From: an uncultured delta proteobacterium
Lineage (GTDB): Bacteria; Desulfobacterota; Binatia; UBA9968
Reading direction: 5' to 3'
Assembly: GCA_963737905.1 (NCBI GenBank)
Contig: CAVTUQ010000039.1
Coordinates: 1-64,000 of the forward strand
DNA: 64,000 nucleotides
Shown: positions 40,865 to 50,021 of the stretch, piece by piece
How positions within the stretch are numbered: position 1 is the first letter of the stretch
Layout of the letters: each line of letters begins with the position of its first letter
The notes under the pieces: generated by a model
Told to the model about the DNA's origin: nothing
Seen by the model: only the letters and a program-made list of their open reading frames with translations
Database searches by the model: none
Translations under genes and position numbers: made by a program

Positions 40865-42052
40865 CTATTCAAAGACAGCCCTTTGATTATGACTGTCATG
40901 GCATGCCTCCAAGGTCATTTGCTCCTTCATGTGCGTGCACCAGACACAACTGCAATCCTCGTGATGGCAGTTCTTATCCTCCACCTTCATTCGCTTCAAA
41001 GCGTTCGCTAATATTACCGCAAGGGGATAAAGGGCATTCTTCAGGGGTGAAGGATCGTAGGCCTTCCTGAGAACGTCCCGCAGATCGGCTGTTCTTGCGA
41101 TCCGTCGCGCAATAAAATCATAGCCCCGATTTCCGAGGAACTCGTGGATCATCCGATTTGAAAGCGAGGTTCGGAGAAGCGCCAGGATTTCTTGCTTCCA
41201 AAGTTCGTCGTAGTTCGTGCCCCGAATGATGCTCTGGGCCGCCAAGAATCCGGACCTCATCGCATATCGCATTCCAAAACCGAAAAGTGCCTCTTGAAAC
41301 CCCGCTGACTCTCCGAGGTAAAGTTTTTTTCCTTCTATAGCGGTGGGACGCAGGAAGAAATTTCCATAGCCGCCGAATTCCTTCGCATTCCTCATCTCCA
41401 TCGGAACCAGCTTTCGGAATGTCTCTAAGGTCCTTTTAAGGTAGATTTTCTCGTTGCGAAAATCTCGCCCGATTACGGTCGCAAGAGTGGCTCGCCCCTG
41501 ATTAACCAGAAGATAAGCGTAGCCCTTCGGAGCAAGCCGGTCGTCTACGATTGCAAATGCTTCGTCTTCAAGATCTGTTTCAAAAACTACTCCCTTGGCA
41601 ATCAGGTCCGCCGCGCGTGGGCCAACTGCAATAATTCCTCCGCCATCTATGTTCCAGACCCGCGCGTTGAATTTAACCTTCACCCCTGCGGCTTCGGCTT
41701 GTCGCAAAAGGCCAAAATCCAAACATCTCTTTTCCCTTCCTCTTTCGACTAGGTAAAAAAGCGGCTCACGGGTTCGGATCTCGCGTCGCCGTAGATTCGG
41801 AGAAACAAAAATGCCGCCTCGATACGGTTCAAAACGAAAATTTACCTCCACGTTGATCAGCCTGAGAAAATCTTTCACGTCACTTACCGTCGTCCAGTTT
41901 TCTATTCCCTGAAAATCTCCATGAAAGCGATGACCAACCCCAGGAGCAGCCTCGTGCAAGGTGACGTCAATGCCCGCTCTGGCAAGATTGATAGCAGCGA
42001 CAAGCCCTGCCGGACCGGCCCCGATGACGCTTATTAATCCCGTACGGTTCAT
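40865..42052 (-). CDS. FAD-dependent oxidoreductase (geranylgeranyl reductase-like) with Cys/His-rich tail
   Basis: VIGAGPAGL, PKGYAY and GESAGFQ..FGFGM motifs; tail CHHEDCSCVWCTH. Confidence 0.85.
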   Translation of the reverse strand: MNRTGLISVIGAGPAGLVAAINLARAGIDVTLHEAAPGVGHRFHGDFQGIENWTTVSDVKDFLRLINVEVNFRFEPYRGGIFVSPNLRRREIRTREPLFYLVERGREKRCLDFGLLRQAEAAGVKVKFNARVWNIDGGGIIAVGPRAADLIAKGVVFETDLEDEAFAIVDDRLAPKGYAYLLVNQGRATLATVIGRDFRNEKIYLKRTLETFRKLVPMEMRNAKEFGGYGNFFLRPTAIEGKKLYLGESAGFQEALFGFGMRYAMRSGFLAAQSIIRGTNYDELWKQEILALLRTSLSNRMIHEFLGNRGYDFIARRIARTADLRDVLRKAYDPSPLKNALYPLAVILANALKRMKVEDKNCHHEDCSCVWCTHMKEQMTLEACHDSHNQRAVFE

Positions 42053-42471
42053 CTTATTCCGTTCGCCTTCTGAAGCTCCCGTATATAAACAACGATCTGA
42101 TCGATTTGATTCCGCCCCACCTGCGGCTGAGCAGGCATGGCTCCGAATAGCCAATGATGCTGGGGCACGCCTAAGGTCACGGCTCGAACAATCGAAAAAT
42201 CGCCGTGATGCGAGGGACCATAGATTTGGTTCACTAGGGACGGTCCTTTATCGGTCCCAGCCGCATTCTTGCCGTGACAGCTGACACAGTAAGCTACGAA
42301 CGCGGCCTCTCCCGTTGTCGCTTCCGCAGAAAGCTTCGAAACCCTAACCGTGCCTTGCTCATCGGCACGTTGCTGGATCAGATAACCCCCGCCGGCTATC
42401 ATGCCAACCACCGAAAGAATGATTCCAATAACAAGCGCAATTTGCCTCGATGTCCCCATATTCAAAATCAC
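42049..42471 (-). CDS. Mono-haem cytochrome c
   Basis: CVSCHG, YGPSHHGD, HHWLFGAMP and YIRELQKANG motifs. Confidence 0.9.
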   Translation of the reverse strand: MILNMGTSRQIALVIGIILSVVGMIAGGGYLIQQRADEQGTVRVSKLSAEATTGEAAFVAYCVSCHGKNAAGTDKGPSLVNQIYGPSHHGDFSIVRAVTLGVPQHHWLFGAMPAQPQVGRNQIDQIVVYIRELQKANGIR

Positions 42472-42480
42472 AACGGCTAA

Positions 42481-42816
42481 TCATACGCGACGGCGCACGA
42501 CAAGTTTCATCCTGTCGAAACCAACGATCTCGACTCGCTCACCCAAAGACATCGCCTCTTTACAGACGGCCTCCCAGATCTCGCCTCGGTAAAGCACTTT
42601 CGTCTTCTCTTCACTGCGTCGAAATACCGTTCCAACGGCACCCATCATTCCCTCGATACCCGTAGTTGACGGCTGGTGCATAGTCCGCCAAATCAGCCAG
42701 TAGAAAGCAGCAGACAAGAGGCAGACGCCAGCATACAAAATCAACGCTGCTTCCCAAGGGAAAAATAAAAACAGCGGCAGCGCGAAGATCGGCAACAGTA
42801 AAAGTATGTGACACAT
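42481..42816 (-). CDS. NfeD-like C-terminal (OB-fold) membrane protein
   Basis: MCH start, two TM segments, TGIEGMMG, GEIWEA and GERVEIVG motifs. Confidence 0.8.
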   Translation of the reverse strand: MCHILLLLPIFALPLFLFFPWEAALILYAGVCLLSAAFYWLIWRTMHQPSTTGIEGMMGAVGTVFRRSEEKTKVLYRGEIWEAVCKEAMSLGERVEIVGFDRMKLVVRRRV

Positions 42817-42890
42817 CGCTTTTTTCGTAAGTTCGCTCTGTTACCACGGTCGAACGACTTTGAGCTTCGCGAGCTCTCAAGCCCCGCTGC

Positions 42891-43043
42891 TTATCGAGGT
42901 TGATCCTCATCACGCTTGTTCTTACGAGCACCGTGGTCTCTATGCCCTCCATGTCCGCCACAACCCATGCCCGAAGAATGCATCCAGATAAAAACCACCA
43001 AAACGACGATCCAAAACCAGTTGTTCTGTAAAAAGTCGCCCAT
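42891..43043 (-). CDS. DUF2933-like small His-rich membrane protein (absent from ORF track)
   Basis: GAGGAG RBS; MGDFLQNNWFWIVVLVVFIWMHSSGMGCGGHGGHRDHG...*. Confidence 0.7.
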   Translation of the reverse strand: MGDFLQNNWFWIVVLVVFIWMHSSGMGCGGHGGHRDHGARKNKRDEDQPR

Positions 43044-43089
43044 GACAGCTCCTCCTCTTCAACGCCCCTGCCCAGCCGCAACCATCCTT

Positions 43090-43500
43090 CTACTCCAGAG
43101 TCCAGCGGAACGTTCTCTCTTTAACTCCTGCGAGATCTTTAATAACGATCTCAATCCACTTTGCATCCGGCGATTTCTTCGGGAAGGTCAAAGTCACCTC
43201 TCGATGATGGCCACCGCCTTTGTTCTCGACCTTTGTCGGTGAGTAAGTTTTTCCCGTGCCATCCCGCAGCAGCGCTAACGTCTTAAAATCATAGCTGTCT
43301 AAACCAACCGAGTGCGTGTTGAGCGCCACTTGGAAGCGGGGACTCTCATTATTGCGCGGATTCACGTAGGTTACGGCCACAGTGACTCCTCCTCCCGAGA
43401 TGGTTTGCGTCGCGTCCGTCGTGCCGGCTGCGTAACTCTTCGCGCTACCCATGAACCCTGCCAAGAGAAATCCTGTAAGAAATAATCTCAGTGCTTTCAT
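43090..43500 (-). CDS. Periplasmic hypothetical protein with THS and GGHH motifs
   Basis: Signal peptide; VALNTHSVGL and GGGHHREVTLTF motifs. Confidence 0.75.
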   Translation of the reverse strand: MKALRLFLTGFLLAGFMGSAKSYAAGTTDATQTISGGGVTVAVTYVNPRNNESPRFQVALNTHSVGLDSYDFKTLALLRDGTGKTYSPTKVENKGGGHHREVTLTFPKKSPDAKWIEIVIKDLAGVKERTFRWTLE

Positions 43501-43656
43501 GCTCGTTTGCTCCTTATCGTCATAGTCCCGCAGACGGTTTGTTGAGGAAGCGGTTTCATGCCTTCTCGCGCCGGAAGAGACATCCTTCAATTCGGCGAAA
43601 AGGAATGACTTACCAATGCCTCGGCAAACCGGGCATCCGGAAAAACAAGAGGGATT

Positions 43657-44097
43657 TCAGACTAAGAAAACGGAGAGTAGAAGATAGCGAGAGCGTGACG
43701 GAAAACCAGGCGGTGAAGACGTAATGAACCAATCAAGATGAGGACTTCGCCCGCCCGTGATATTTTTACCAAGCGCAGCCACTCCACTTGAAACGGAAGA
43801 CTTTAATTGGATGGCCTTGCGCGGCTGTGTTAGAGAACTCGCGGAAGACGATTGTACGATCGCGTCAAATTCGTGATGAATTGTAAGACAATGTACTTCG
43901 CTGGCCAGTCCACCAGCAGAACGGCCGACAAAATCTGTCGACGGCTTTCGGCTTTCAAAACTGCCGCCTGCCGACTGTTCCTCAGCGCTTTCCCCCGTCT
44001 CTCTCAGGCAATCCTCAAAAGCCCACGCTACACCGGAGTAGGCGAATAAAACTGAGAGGTAGAGCATGCCGAGAGATTTAAGAAATCGACCCTTCAT
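43657..44097 (-). CDS. Putative His/Cys leader protein 1 (DUF2946-like)
   Basis: N-terminal TM + WAFEDC, EVHCLTIHH, C-terminal RYLLLSVFLV; first gene after a sigma-54 promoter. Confidence 0.6.
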   Translation of the reverse strand: MKGRFLKSLGMLYLSVLFAYSGVAWAFEDCLRETGESAEEQSAGGSFESRKPSTDFVGRSAGGLASEVHCLTIHHEFDAIVQSSSASSLTQPRKAIQLKSSVSSGVAALGKNITGGRSPHLDWFITSSPPGFPSRSRYLLLSVFLV

Positions 44098-44130
44098 ATT
44101 AATACGCGCGCCTCACAGCGATTGTTACTA

Positions 44131-44147
44131 AGCAAGATATCCGCCAA
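44131..44147 (-). promoter_or_regulatory. Putative sigma-54 promoter
   Basis: TTGGCGGATATCTTGCT: GG-N10-GC about 35 nt upstream of 44097. Confidence 0.55.
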
Positions 44148-44297
44148 CGTCAAAAGCCAGCGGAATGCTCAACCGTTACTGGATCTTATTGCGTCTTTTT
44201 TCTCAAGATTGACAAAGTCAACCCATTAGCTTTGCAAATTCAAGAAAACAAGGTTGATTCATCTGAATGATCGATTCGTCTATCCTTTCGCCGCCAG

Positions 44298-45725
44298 TTA
44301 TCCGGCATTGGCTGTCCCTGCGTGAACGTCAATCCCGTCCCGAGTAAGATCCTCCTCGCTTGCCTTGAGGGCAACGGTTCCCTGTGGATGTTCATACCAA
44401 CCAGGATCTTCGTCATAGCTTTTTAACTGATCGCGGACCTTCACGATCGTAAACATCCCGCCCATGGTGATGTAGTCGAAGGGCCCCTGGCCGCCCTTCA
44501 TAGAGATCGTATTGCGCGGATACGGCATGACCTCAGCCATCCCGCCCATATCCATTCCGGTTTGACCCATGCTCATATATGCCGGGAGCAGAGAGCGGAT
44601 TTTCTCGTCCAGGCCCTCGGTCTTAATGCCTACCATGTTGGGAAACTGATGCCCCATCTGGTTCATCACGTGATGCGTCATATGGCAATGCATGGCCCAG
44701 TCCCCGGGAGCGTCGGCGATGAATTCGATGTTGCGCGTCTGTCCGACTGCAACGAGAGCCGTGGTTTCCGGCCACTGGGCCGAAAGAGGAATATCTTCGC
44801 CGTCCGTCGCCGTGGTCCGGAAGTGGAAACCGTGGAGGTGGATCGGATGATGGTCCATCGCCCCCAGGTTGCCCAACCGGATGCGAACCTTATCACCGGT
44901 TTTGCACACTAGGGGACTGGTAGAAGGAAAGCTCTTACCGTTGATCGTCAAGATATTGAAGCCGCTGTCTTTTACGGTGTTTGGGCGCGCCGTTCCGGCT
45001 TCAATCACCCACTCGCTCAGCATCAGCACAAAATCGCGACCGACTCGATATTCAGGAGAGGGATTTCTGGGATGAATAACAAACATGCCAATCTGTCCCA
45101 TCCCCATCTGTGTCATCTCGTCATGATGGGAGTGATACATGAAGGTTCCGTGCTGGCGCAAAGTCCACTCATACTTCACTGTCTCACCCGGTTTGATGTA
45201 CGGTTGCGTCAGACCGCCGACGCCGTCCATTCCATTGGGGAGATAAACCCCATGCCAATGAACGGAGGTACCGACTGGCAACCGGTTCGTCACGTAGATC
45301 CGTATCCGTTCGCCCTCGACCGCCTCAATCACGGTGCTGTTCACGCGTCCGTTGTATCCCCAGCATTTAGCGCGCAGGCCCGAGTCAAAAGCATGATCGA
45401 CCTCTTCCGCAATCAAGTGGAAGACTTTCACGCCATCCATGACCCTAAACGGTAGCGTGCCACCGTTTGGGATCACGACCGGCTTGTAACCCTTTTCCGG
45501 TAAAGCTGGCGGCAGCGGTTTCACATCGATGGCTCCTCCGCTGTAGCTCTTCTCCCAATACGGGCGACCGCCCTGAGATTTCTGTTGTCCAGACGCAGGC
45601 TGATATTGCACCGAGCCGCTGCCATGGGTTGTTGCCTGGCTCTCCTTCCCCAACACCGCGACACCGCCCGCGATTGTAGCAGCGCCGAGACTGAGTATTC
45701 GCCGTCTGGAGATTTTATCAGCCAT
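44298..45725 (-). CDS. Tat-exported multicopper oxidase (two-domain type)
   Basis: SRRRIL signal; HWHG, MYHSH, HPIHLHG and HCHMTHH motifs; Met-rich tail. Confidence 0.93.
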   Translation of the reverse strand: MADKISRRRILSLGAATIAGGVAVLGKESQATTHGSGSVQYQPASGQQKSQGGRPYWEKSYSGGAIDVKPLPPALPEKGYKPVVIPNGGTLPFRVMDGVKVFHLIAEEVDHAFDSGLRAKCWGYNGRVNSTVIEAVEGERIRIYVTNRLPVGTSVHWHGVYLPNGMDGVGGLTQPYIKPGETVKYEWTLRQHGTFMYHSHHDEMTQMGMGQIGMFVIHPRNPSPEYRVGRDFVLMLSEWVIEAGTARPNTVKDSGFNILTINGKSFPSTSPLVCKTGDKVRIRLGNLGAMDHHPIHLHGFHFRTTATDGEDIPLSAQWPETTALVAVGQTRNIEFIADAPGDWAMHCHMTHHVMNQMGHQFPNMVGIKTEGLDEKIRSLLPAYMSMGQTGMDMGGMAEVMPYPRNTISMKGGQGPFDYITMGGMFTIVKVRDQLKSYDEDPGWYEHPQGTVALKASEEDLTRDGIDVHAGTANAG

Positions 45726-45742
45726 TTCTTCTCCTCCGTACT

Positions 45743-47161
45743 TTAATTCCCTTCTCTGCCGTTGATCTTGACTGGCCCGGCTGTCCCTCCGGTCGGTAAT
45801 CCATTCGAGCTTGGCAGCCGACCGCTCAAAAGCTGCCCGAGGTCTCCCCGGGCCAGCCAGTAATCACGTAACGCTTCAATGTAGGCGACCGCCATCTCGA
45901 TCTGCTGTTCCCGCGCGCGCAATAGTTGAATGGGCCCGAGCTGCATCGCGTTGTATTGCAACTGGGACTCGTTCACGATTCGCTCATGGAGCGGCAATAG
46001 AATGTCCCGATAGTACAAGGCGCGATCCCGGAATCCTTCCACCCGATCTCGAACAGCGCGCGCCGTAGAGCGTACTCGCACCGCCAAGGCATAGTATTCC
46101 TGCTGGGTGCGCCTGAGCTCCGCCGCCGAACGCCCAACCCGGGCTTGACCCTGATCGAAAAGTGGAATGGGAAATTCCAGTACCGGCCCGACCTCCCATG
46201 CACCTTCGTTTCGTTCCGCGAACGGCCCGAAACCCAACTCCGGGATCAAAGCCGTTGTTCGGTTAAATCCCAACTGTTCGCCCGCGACGAGAATGCGCTG
46301 CCTCGCATGGGACAAATCAATGCTCCGGCTGAGCGCAACGCGTTCGATATCCTCGGTCGGCATCGGCTGCGCTGGAATGTCAGGCAAATGTCCGTCGCTT
46401 TGCCACTCGGTATTTCTTCCCCACAGCCCCATTAGATCGTTCAACTGTTCCCGGCTTTGGCGCACCGCGATCTCGGCGGACCTAAGCGCCAGCTTGCCGG
46501 CTTCTGTAAGGGCCCGTTCCCTGGCCAGGTCCAGATCGGTGATATTCCCAGCTTCATTCAGCCGGCGCGCCACTTCCAAAGATGCGTTCAATGCCTGGAC
46601 AATCGTTTGTCGCAGCTCCAGCATTTGTTCATTTGCCAGATGTAAATAAAAGGCGGCCCTGGCTCTCGCAGCAAAGTCGAGTACGGCACCTGTGACTCGA
46701 AGTTTCGCCTCATCAAACCGGGCGGCGGCGACTCGCTTGCGAAGCGGCATGTAAAAGATATCGAGAAAGTTCATCACCGTGACAAGTTCCAAATTCGCCT
46801 GGCCGCCAGAAGTCGGGAACTTAACTGCCGCCTCGAAGATCGGATTATTGAGGAGTCCGGCTTGCACCAGGTCTGCCTGCGCAACGCCCAGGTCCGAGTA
46901 GACCGCCTGGAGGTCACGATTGTTCAGCAACGCAACCTGGACCGCCTCATCGACAGTGAGCTTTGCCTTCAGCAACGAGTCAACTTTCGTGGCGGCTTCT
47001 TTATCCAGCTCGGTTCCGTTGTTCCAAAATATCCGGCTTGCGCTCCGCTCTTCCACCGTCGCTTTGACATCGTCAAAACCGGCGTTGAGTGCTACCGTCG
47101 CGCAACCGCTGAGCAGCACGAGCCCAACAACCAACCAGCCAGCATTTTTCAAACCTATCAT
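45743..47161 (-). CDS. TolC family outer-membrane lipoprotein (copper-resistance type)
   Basis: LSGC lipobox; AVQVALLNN, ADLVQAGLLNNP and IPLFDQGQ motifs. Confidence 0.9.
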   Translation of the reverse strand: MIGLKNAGWLVVGLVLLSGCATVALNAGFDDVKATVEERSASRIFWNNGTELDKEAATKVDSLLKAKLTVDEAVQVALLNNRDLQAVYSDLGVAQADLVQAGLLNNPIFEAAVKFPTSGGQANLELVTVMNFLDIFYMPLRKRVAAARFDEAKLRVTGAVLDFAARARAAFYLHLANEQMLELRQTIVQALNASLEVARRLNEAGNITDLDLARERALTEAGKLALRSAEIAVRQSREQLNDLMGLWGRNTEWQSDGHLPDIPAQPMPTEDIERVALSRSIDLSHARQRILVAGEQLGFNRTTALIPELGFGPFAERNEGAWEVGPVLEFPIPLFDQGQARVGRSAAELRRTQQEYYALAVRVRSTARAVRDRVEGFRDRALYYRDILLPLHERIVNESQLQYNAMQLGPIQLLRAREQQIEMAVAYIEALRDYWLARGDLGQLLSGRLPSSNGLPTGGTAGPVKINGREGN

Positions 47162-47198
47162 CGGCGCATCTCTGTCCGGTGCTCAGCAGTTACTGGCA

Positions 47199-47660
47199 TC
47201 ACTTCTTCTCAATCTTAACGATCGTTTTCTTTGGAACGTCGATAGTGAAGCGAACCTTGTCCCCGGATTTCAGTCCTTCGAGAAGGGTAGGAGGATCGAC
47301 CTGATAACCCATCGTCATGGGTCCCATAAATCCCTTAATTTCTCCGTGCTCCACAACGAGTTGGTTGGCATTCGGAACCGTTGCCACGACTTTGCCCTCA
47401 CCCGCCACCGTCTGGTCCCCAGTCTGTGCCGACTGCTGAGCCTCATGGCCGCCTTGCTGGGCCGCCATGGCCGGCGTAGGTTGTGACGAGGGTAAATCCG
47501 ATCGCGCGTAGGCAAGCGTTTTCGACATCGGACGGGCGGGCGCTGCCATCGCCTCAGGATGAGCCGGATGCTCAACAGTCAACGGCGGGATTTGATAAGC
47601 CGCGCAACCCGTCAAAAGCGACAATGATAGAATTAATATGAAACAATTCTTGTTTTTCAT
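47199..47660 (-). CDS. CusF-like copper-binding lipoprotein
   Basis: LTGC lipobox; EHPAHP, VEHGEIKGFMGPMTMGY and GDKVRF motifs. Confidence 0.85.
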   Translation of the reverse strand: MKNKNCFILILSLSLLTGCAAYQIPPLTVEHPAHPEAMAAPARPMSKTLAYARSDLPSSQPTPAMAAQQGGHEAQQSAQTGDQTVAGEGKVVATVPNANQLVVEHGEIKGFMGPMTMGYQVDPPTLLEGLKSGDKVRFTIDVPKKTIVKIEKK

Positions 47661-47682
47661 GGCTGCTTTCTCATCGCGGTCA

Positions 47683-48360
47683 CTATTTGAGTTTCACGAT
47701 TTTAGTGACTGATTGGTTTTCGGTATCGAGCGTGAAACGAATTTTATCGCCTGATTTAATTCCTTTAAGGATAGATCGTGAGCTGACTTTGTACCCCATC
47801 GTCATCGCGTCCATGACACCCTTGATCTCGTCGTGCGTGATAACAACCTCCTGGTTTTGTGGCACAACGGCGATTATCTTCCCTACCCCGGTCACAAATT
47901 TGGCAATACCTGGGGGCCTTAATGAAGCGAGATAAGCCGAAAGATCGATCAGCTCTTGAACCGTCATCCGGTCGTTGTAAACGGGCATCCTGGAATTGCC
48001 GTCCGGGTCGCGGTCTTCTTTGGCTGCCCAGGCGCTCGGATTGATGGTGGACTCCGTGAAATACTCGAGCGGATGCATTGATCCCATCTGGCTCAACTCC
48101 GGGCCGTAATCGACGCCGGCAAAGTCAAAGTTTTCACCGCGCACTTCGTGGCAAAAATAGCACTCGAACTTGATAAACACCGCGCGGCCTTTGCCCGGGT
48201 CGCCCTTAGGCATCGTAAACCGCCAATTCTGAGGATGATGGGTGTGTAACTCTTCGTGATGGTTCCCTTTTTCTTGAGCCTTCGACGATGAGAAACACGC
48301 GAGTAACGAGAAGAGAACAATCGCAAACCAGGACGGACGCAAATCGGCAACCATAGCCAT
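47683..48360 (-). CDS. Cytochrome c - CusF fusion protein
   Basis: HHEELHTHH, CYFCH haem motif, C-terminal ITHDEIKGVMDAMTMGY...GDKIRF. Confidence 0.85.
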   Translation of the reverse strand: MAMVADLRPSWFAIVLFSLLACFSSSKAQEKGNHHEELHTHHPQNWRFTMPKGDPGKGRAVFIKFECYFCHEVRGENFDFAGVDYGPELSQMGSMHPLEYFTESTINPSAWAAKEDRDPDGNSRMPVYNDRMTVQELIDLSAYLASLRPPGIAKFVTGVGKIIAVVPQNQEVVITHDEIKGVMDAMTMGYKVSSRSILKGIKSGDKIRFTLDTENQSVTKIVKLK

Positions 48361-48434
48361 GCCTCACAAAATCATAGATAGGTTGGAACACACCCCTGCC
48401 GTTTCAGGCAGAGGAACGGCAAGATGAACGAAGG

Positions 48435-48842
48435 CTAGATTCTAAAAACGGAGAGAAGCAGGTGGGGTGAAAGGCCCACAAGGAAAGGATAACGGGGAAA
48501 TCTTCCGGCACTACTACTGATGAAATGGTTCTGAGCGTTCAGGGAGGTTTGTTCTGCGGATAAAGCCGAATGCGAAGCTAATTTAAGTTCGTGATCCCGC
48601 GGTTTCGGATCCGACTTCACCGATAGCGATGCAAGGGATTGGAGATCGAAGTGTAGCTGAGCACAATGAACCCGGGGCGCGGACTGATCATGTTCCGAAT
48701 CGCCATGATGCGAATCGGAAATAGCGCCATGATGATCTTCGTCCACCGTCTCGTGGACGTGGCGGAAACAATCCGCCCAAACCGAAGCTGGCCCACTAAG
48801 CAGGAAAAAGAGAGAAAACAGAGGGATCAAGAAGCGCCGCAT
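48435..48842 (-). CDS. Putative His/Cys leader protein 2 (DUF2946-like)
   Basis: Signal/TM + WADC, His-rich tract, RVHCAQLH, C-terminal HLLLSVFRI; first gene of the cus/MCO operon. Confidence 0.7.
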   Translation of the reverse strand: MRRFLIPLFSLFFLLSGPASVWADCFRHVHETVDEDHHGAISDSHHGDSEHDQSAPRVHCAQLHFDLQSLASLSVKSDPKPRDHELKLASHSALSAEQTSLNAQNHFISSSAGRFPRYPFLVGLSPHLLLSVFRI

Positions 48843-48914
48843 AGAGTTTCAGATGCGTCAGCATAACTGACGATGAAACCCGATTCAAGTCGTTTGAAAA
48901 ACTCTTGAGTTCTT

Positions 48915-49170
48915 TTAGCTCGCTTTCTCCGCGACTATGGTCGAAAAATCTTTACGCGTGCCCTCAGGCGCTGGGAACGTCTGGTAGCGTGATTCCAGGA
49001 TGGTCCAACCGTCAAACCGTTCTTCTAACTCGTTCCGTCGAAAGAGACAGTAGTTATCCGGATCGAACATCCCTAGATAAGTCGTGCCCTCAATCAGCAC
49101 GTTGACCATTGCCCGGCCGGCGGGTTTGACGTATTCTTGGATGGCGGTTAAGAGTTGAAGCGCCTTCTCG
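48915..49170 (-). pseudogene. C-terminal fragment of a TehB-like methyltransferase
   Basis: IQEYVKPAG...YCLFRRNELEERFDGWTIL...FSTIVAEK, lacking the SAM-binding N-terminus. Confidence 0.55.
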
Positions 49171-49229
49171 TGATGGCACCGCCTACAACGCAAAAGATCC
49201 GGAACATCGCGCTATCAAATTAAGATGTT

Positions 49230-50021
49230 TCAAGCTGTCGATCTAGCCGTGACAACTCCTGACTTGACCAATTGCCACAAGCCAACGAAGATCATCAACA
49301 CACCAAACCATTGCGCTTCGGTCAAGCCGAAGGCGAAGGCCGGATTTAACCGCCAGAATTCGACCACTAATCGCGCCAAGCCCGAGAGGGCCAGGTAGAG
49401 CCAAAAGATCGCGCCCGGTGCATACTCTTTTTTTCTAAGCGCCCACAGGATGCCAAAGATAACCGCCGATTCGAGAAATTCGTAGATCGGCGTCGGGTGA
49501 ACCCGCACGCCGGGGGGATAAGGAATGCCAGTGGAGGGGTCGACCCACCCGATGATTGCGTTGGTGTAAGCTACACCCCAAGGCAAATTGGTCACAGTTC
49601 CCCAATCGCCGTCCCCCGCTACGTGGCATCCTAGCCGTCCGATGCCATAGGCAATCGCCAGCGCCGGAGCCGCGATATCGGCGGCTTTCAGCCACGGGAT
49701 ATGGTTTTTCCGAACAACCCAACTAACTCCCAGCACGCCGCCCAAAAACCCGCCATACCACGTGAAACCGGCCCCGGTAAAAATATAGTCCCACGGCGAG
49801 CGGAGAAAATGACTCCACTCTTCGACAATAAAAAGAAGTCGAGCTCCAAGCAATCCGCCTATGGCGGCGGCGAACACCATCGTGGAAGCCAACTCCGGAT
49901 TGTAGCCCTTTCGTTTAAGCTCTGCTTGAACGACCCACGCAGCGGCAATCGCCGCCAAGGCCATGAATACACCGAAGCTATAAATAGTCAGCGGTCCAAA
50001 TTGAAAAAGAATCGGCAGCAT
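49230..50021 (-). CDS. lgt: Prolipoprotein diacylglyceryl transferase
   Basis: GARL, WYGG, GRLGC, LPWGV, HPTPIYE and R..VEFWR motifs. Confidence 0.93.
   Translation of the reverse strand: MLPILFQFGPLTIYSFGVFMALAAIAAAWVVQAELKRKGYNPELASTMVFAAAIGGLLGARLLFIVEEWSHFLRSPWDYIFTGAGFTWYGGFLGGVLGVSWVVRKNHIPWLKAADIAAPALAIAYGIGRLGCHVAGDGDWGTVTNLPWGVAYTNAIIGWVDPSTGIPYPPGVRVHPTPIYEFLESAVIFGILWALRKKEYAPGAIFWLYLALSGLARLVVEFWRLNPAFAFGLTEAQWFGVLMIFVGLWQLVKSGVVTARSTA

Noticed and set aside
44190-44205. TGCGTCTTTTTTCTCA as a possible enhancer site upstream of the 44131 promoter
   Set aside because: A single imperfect palindrome, and I found no matching copy at the other promoters.
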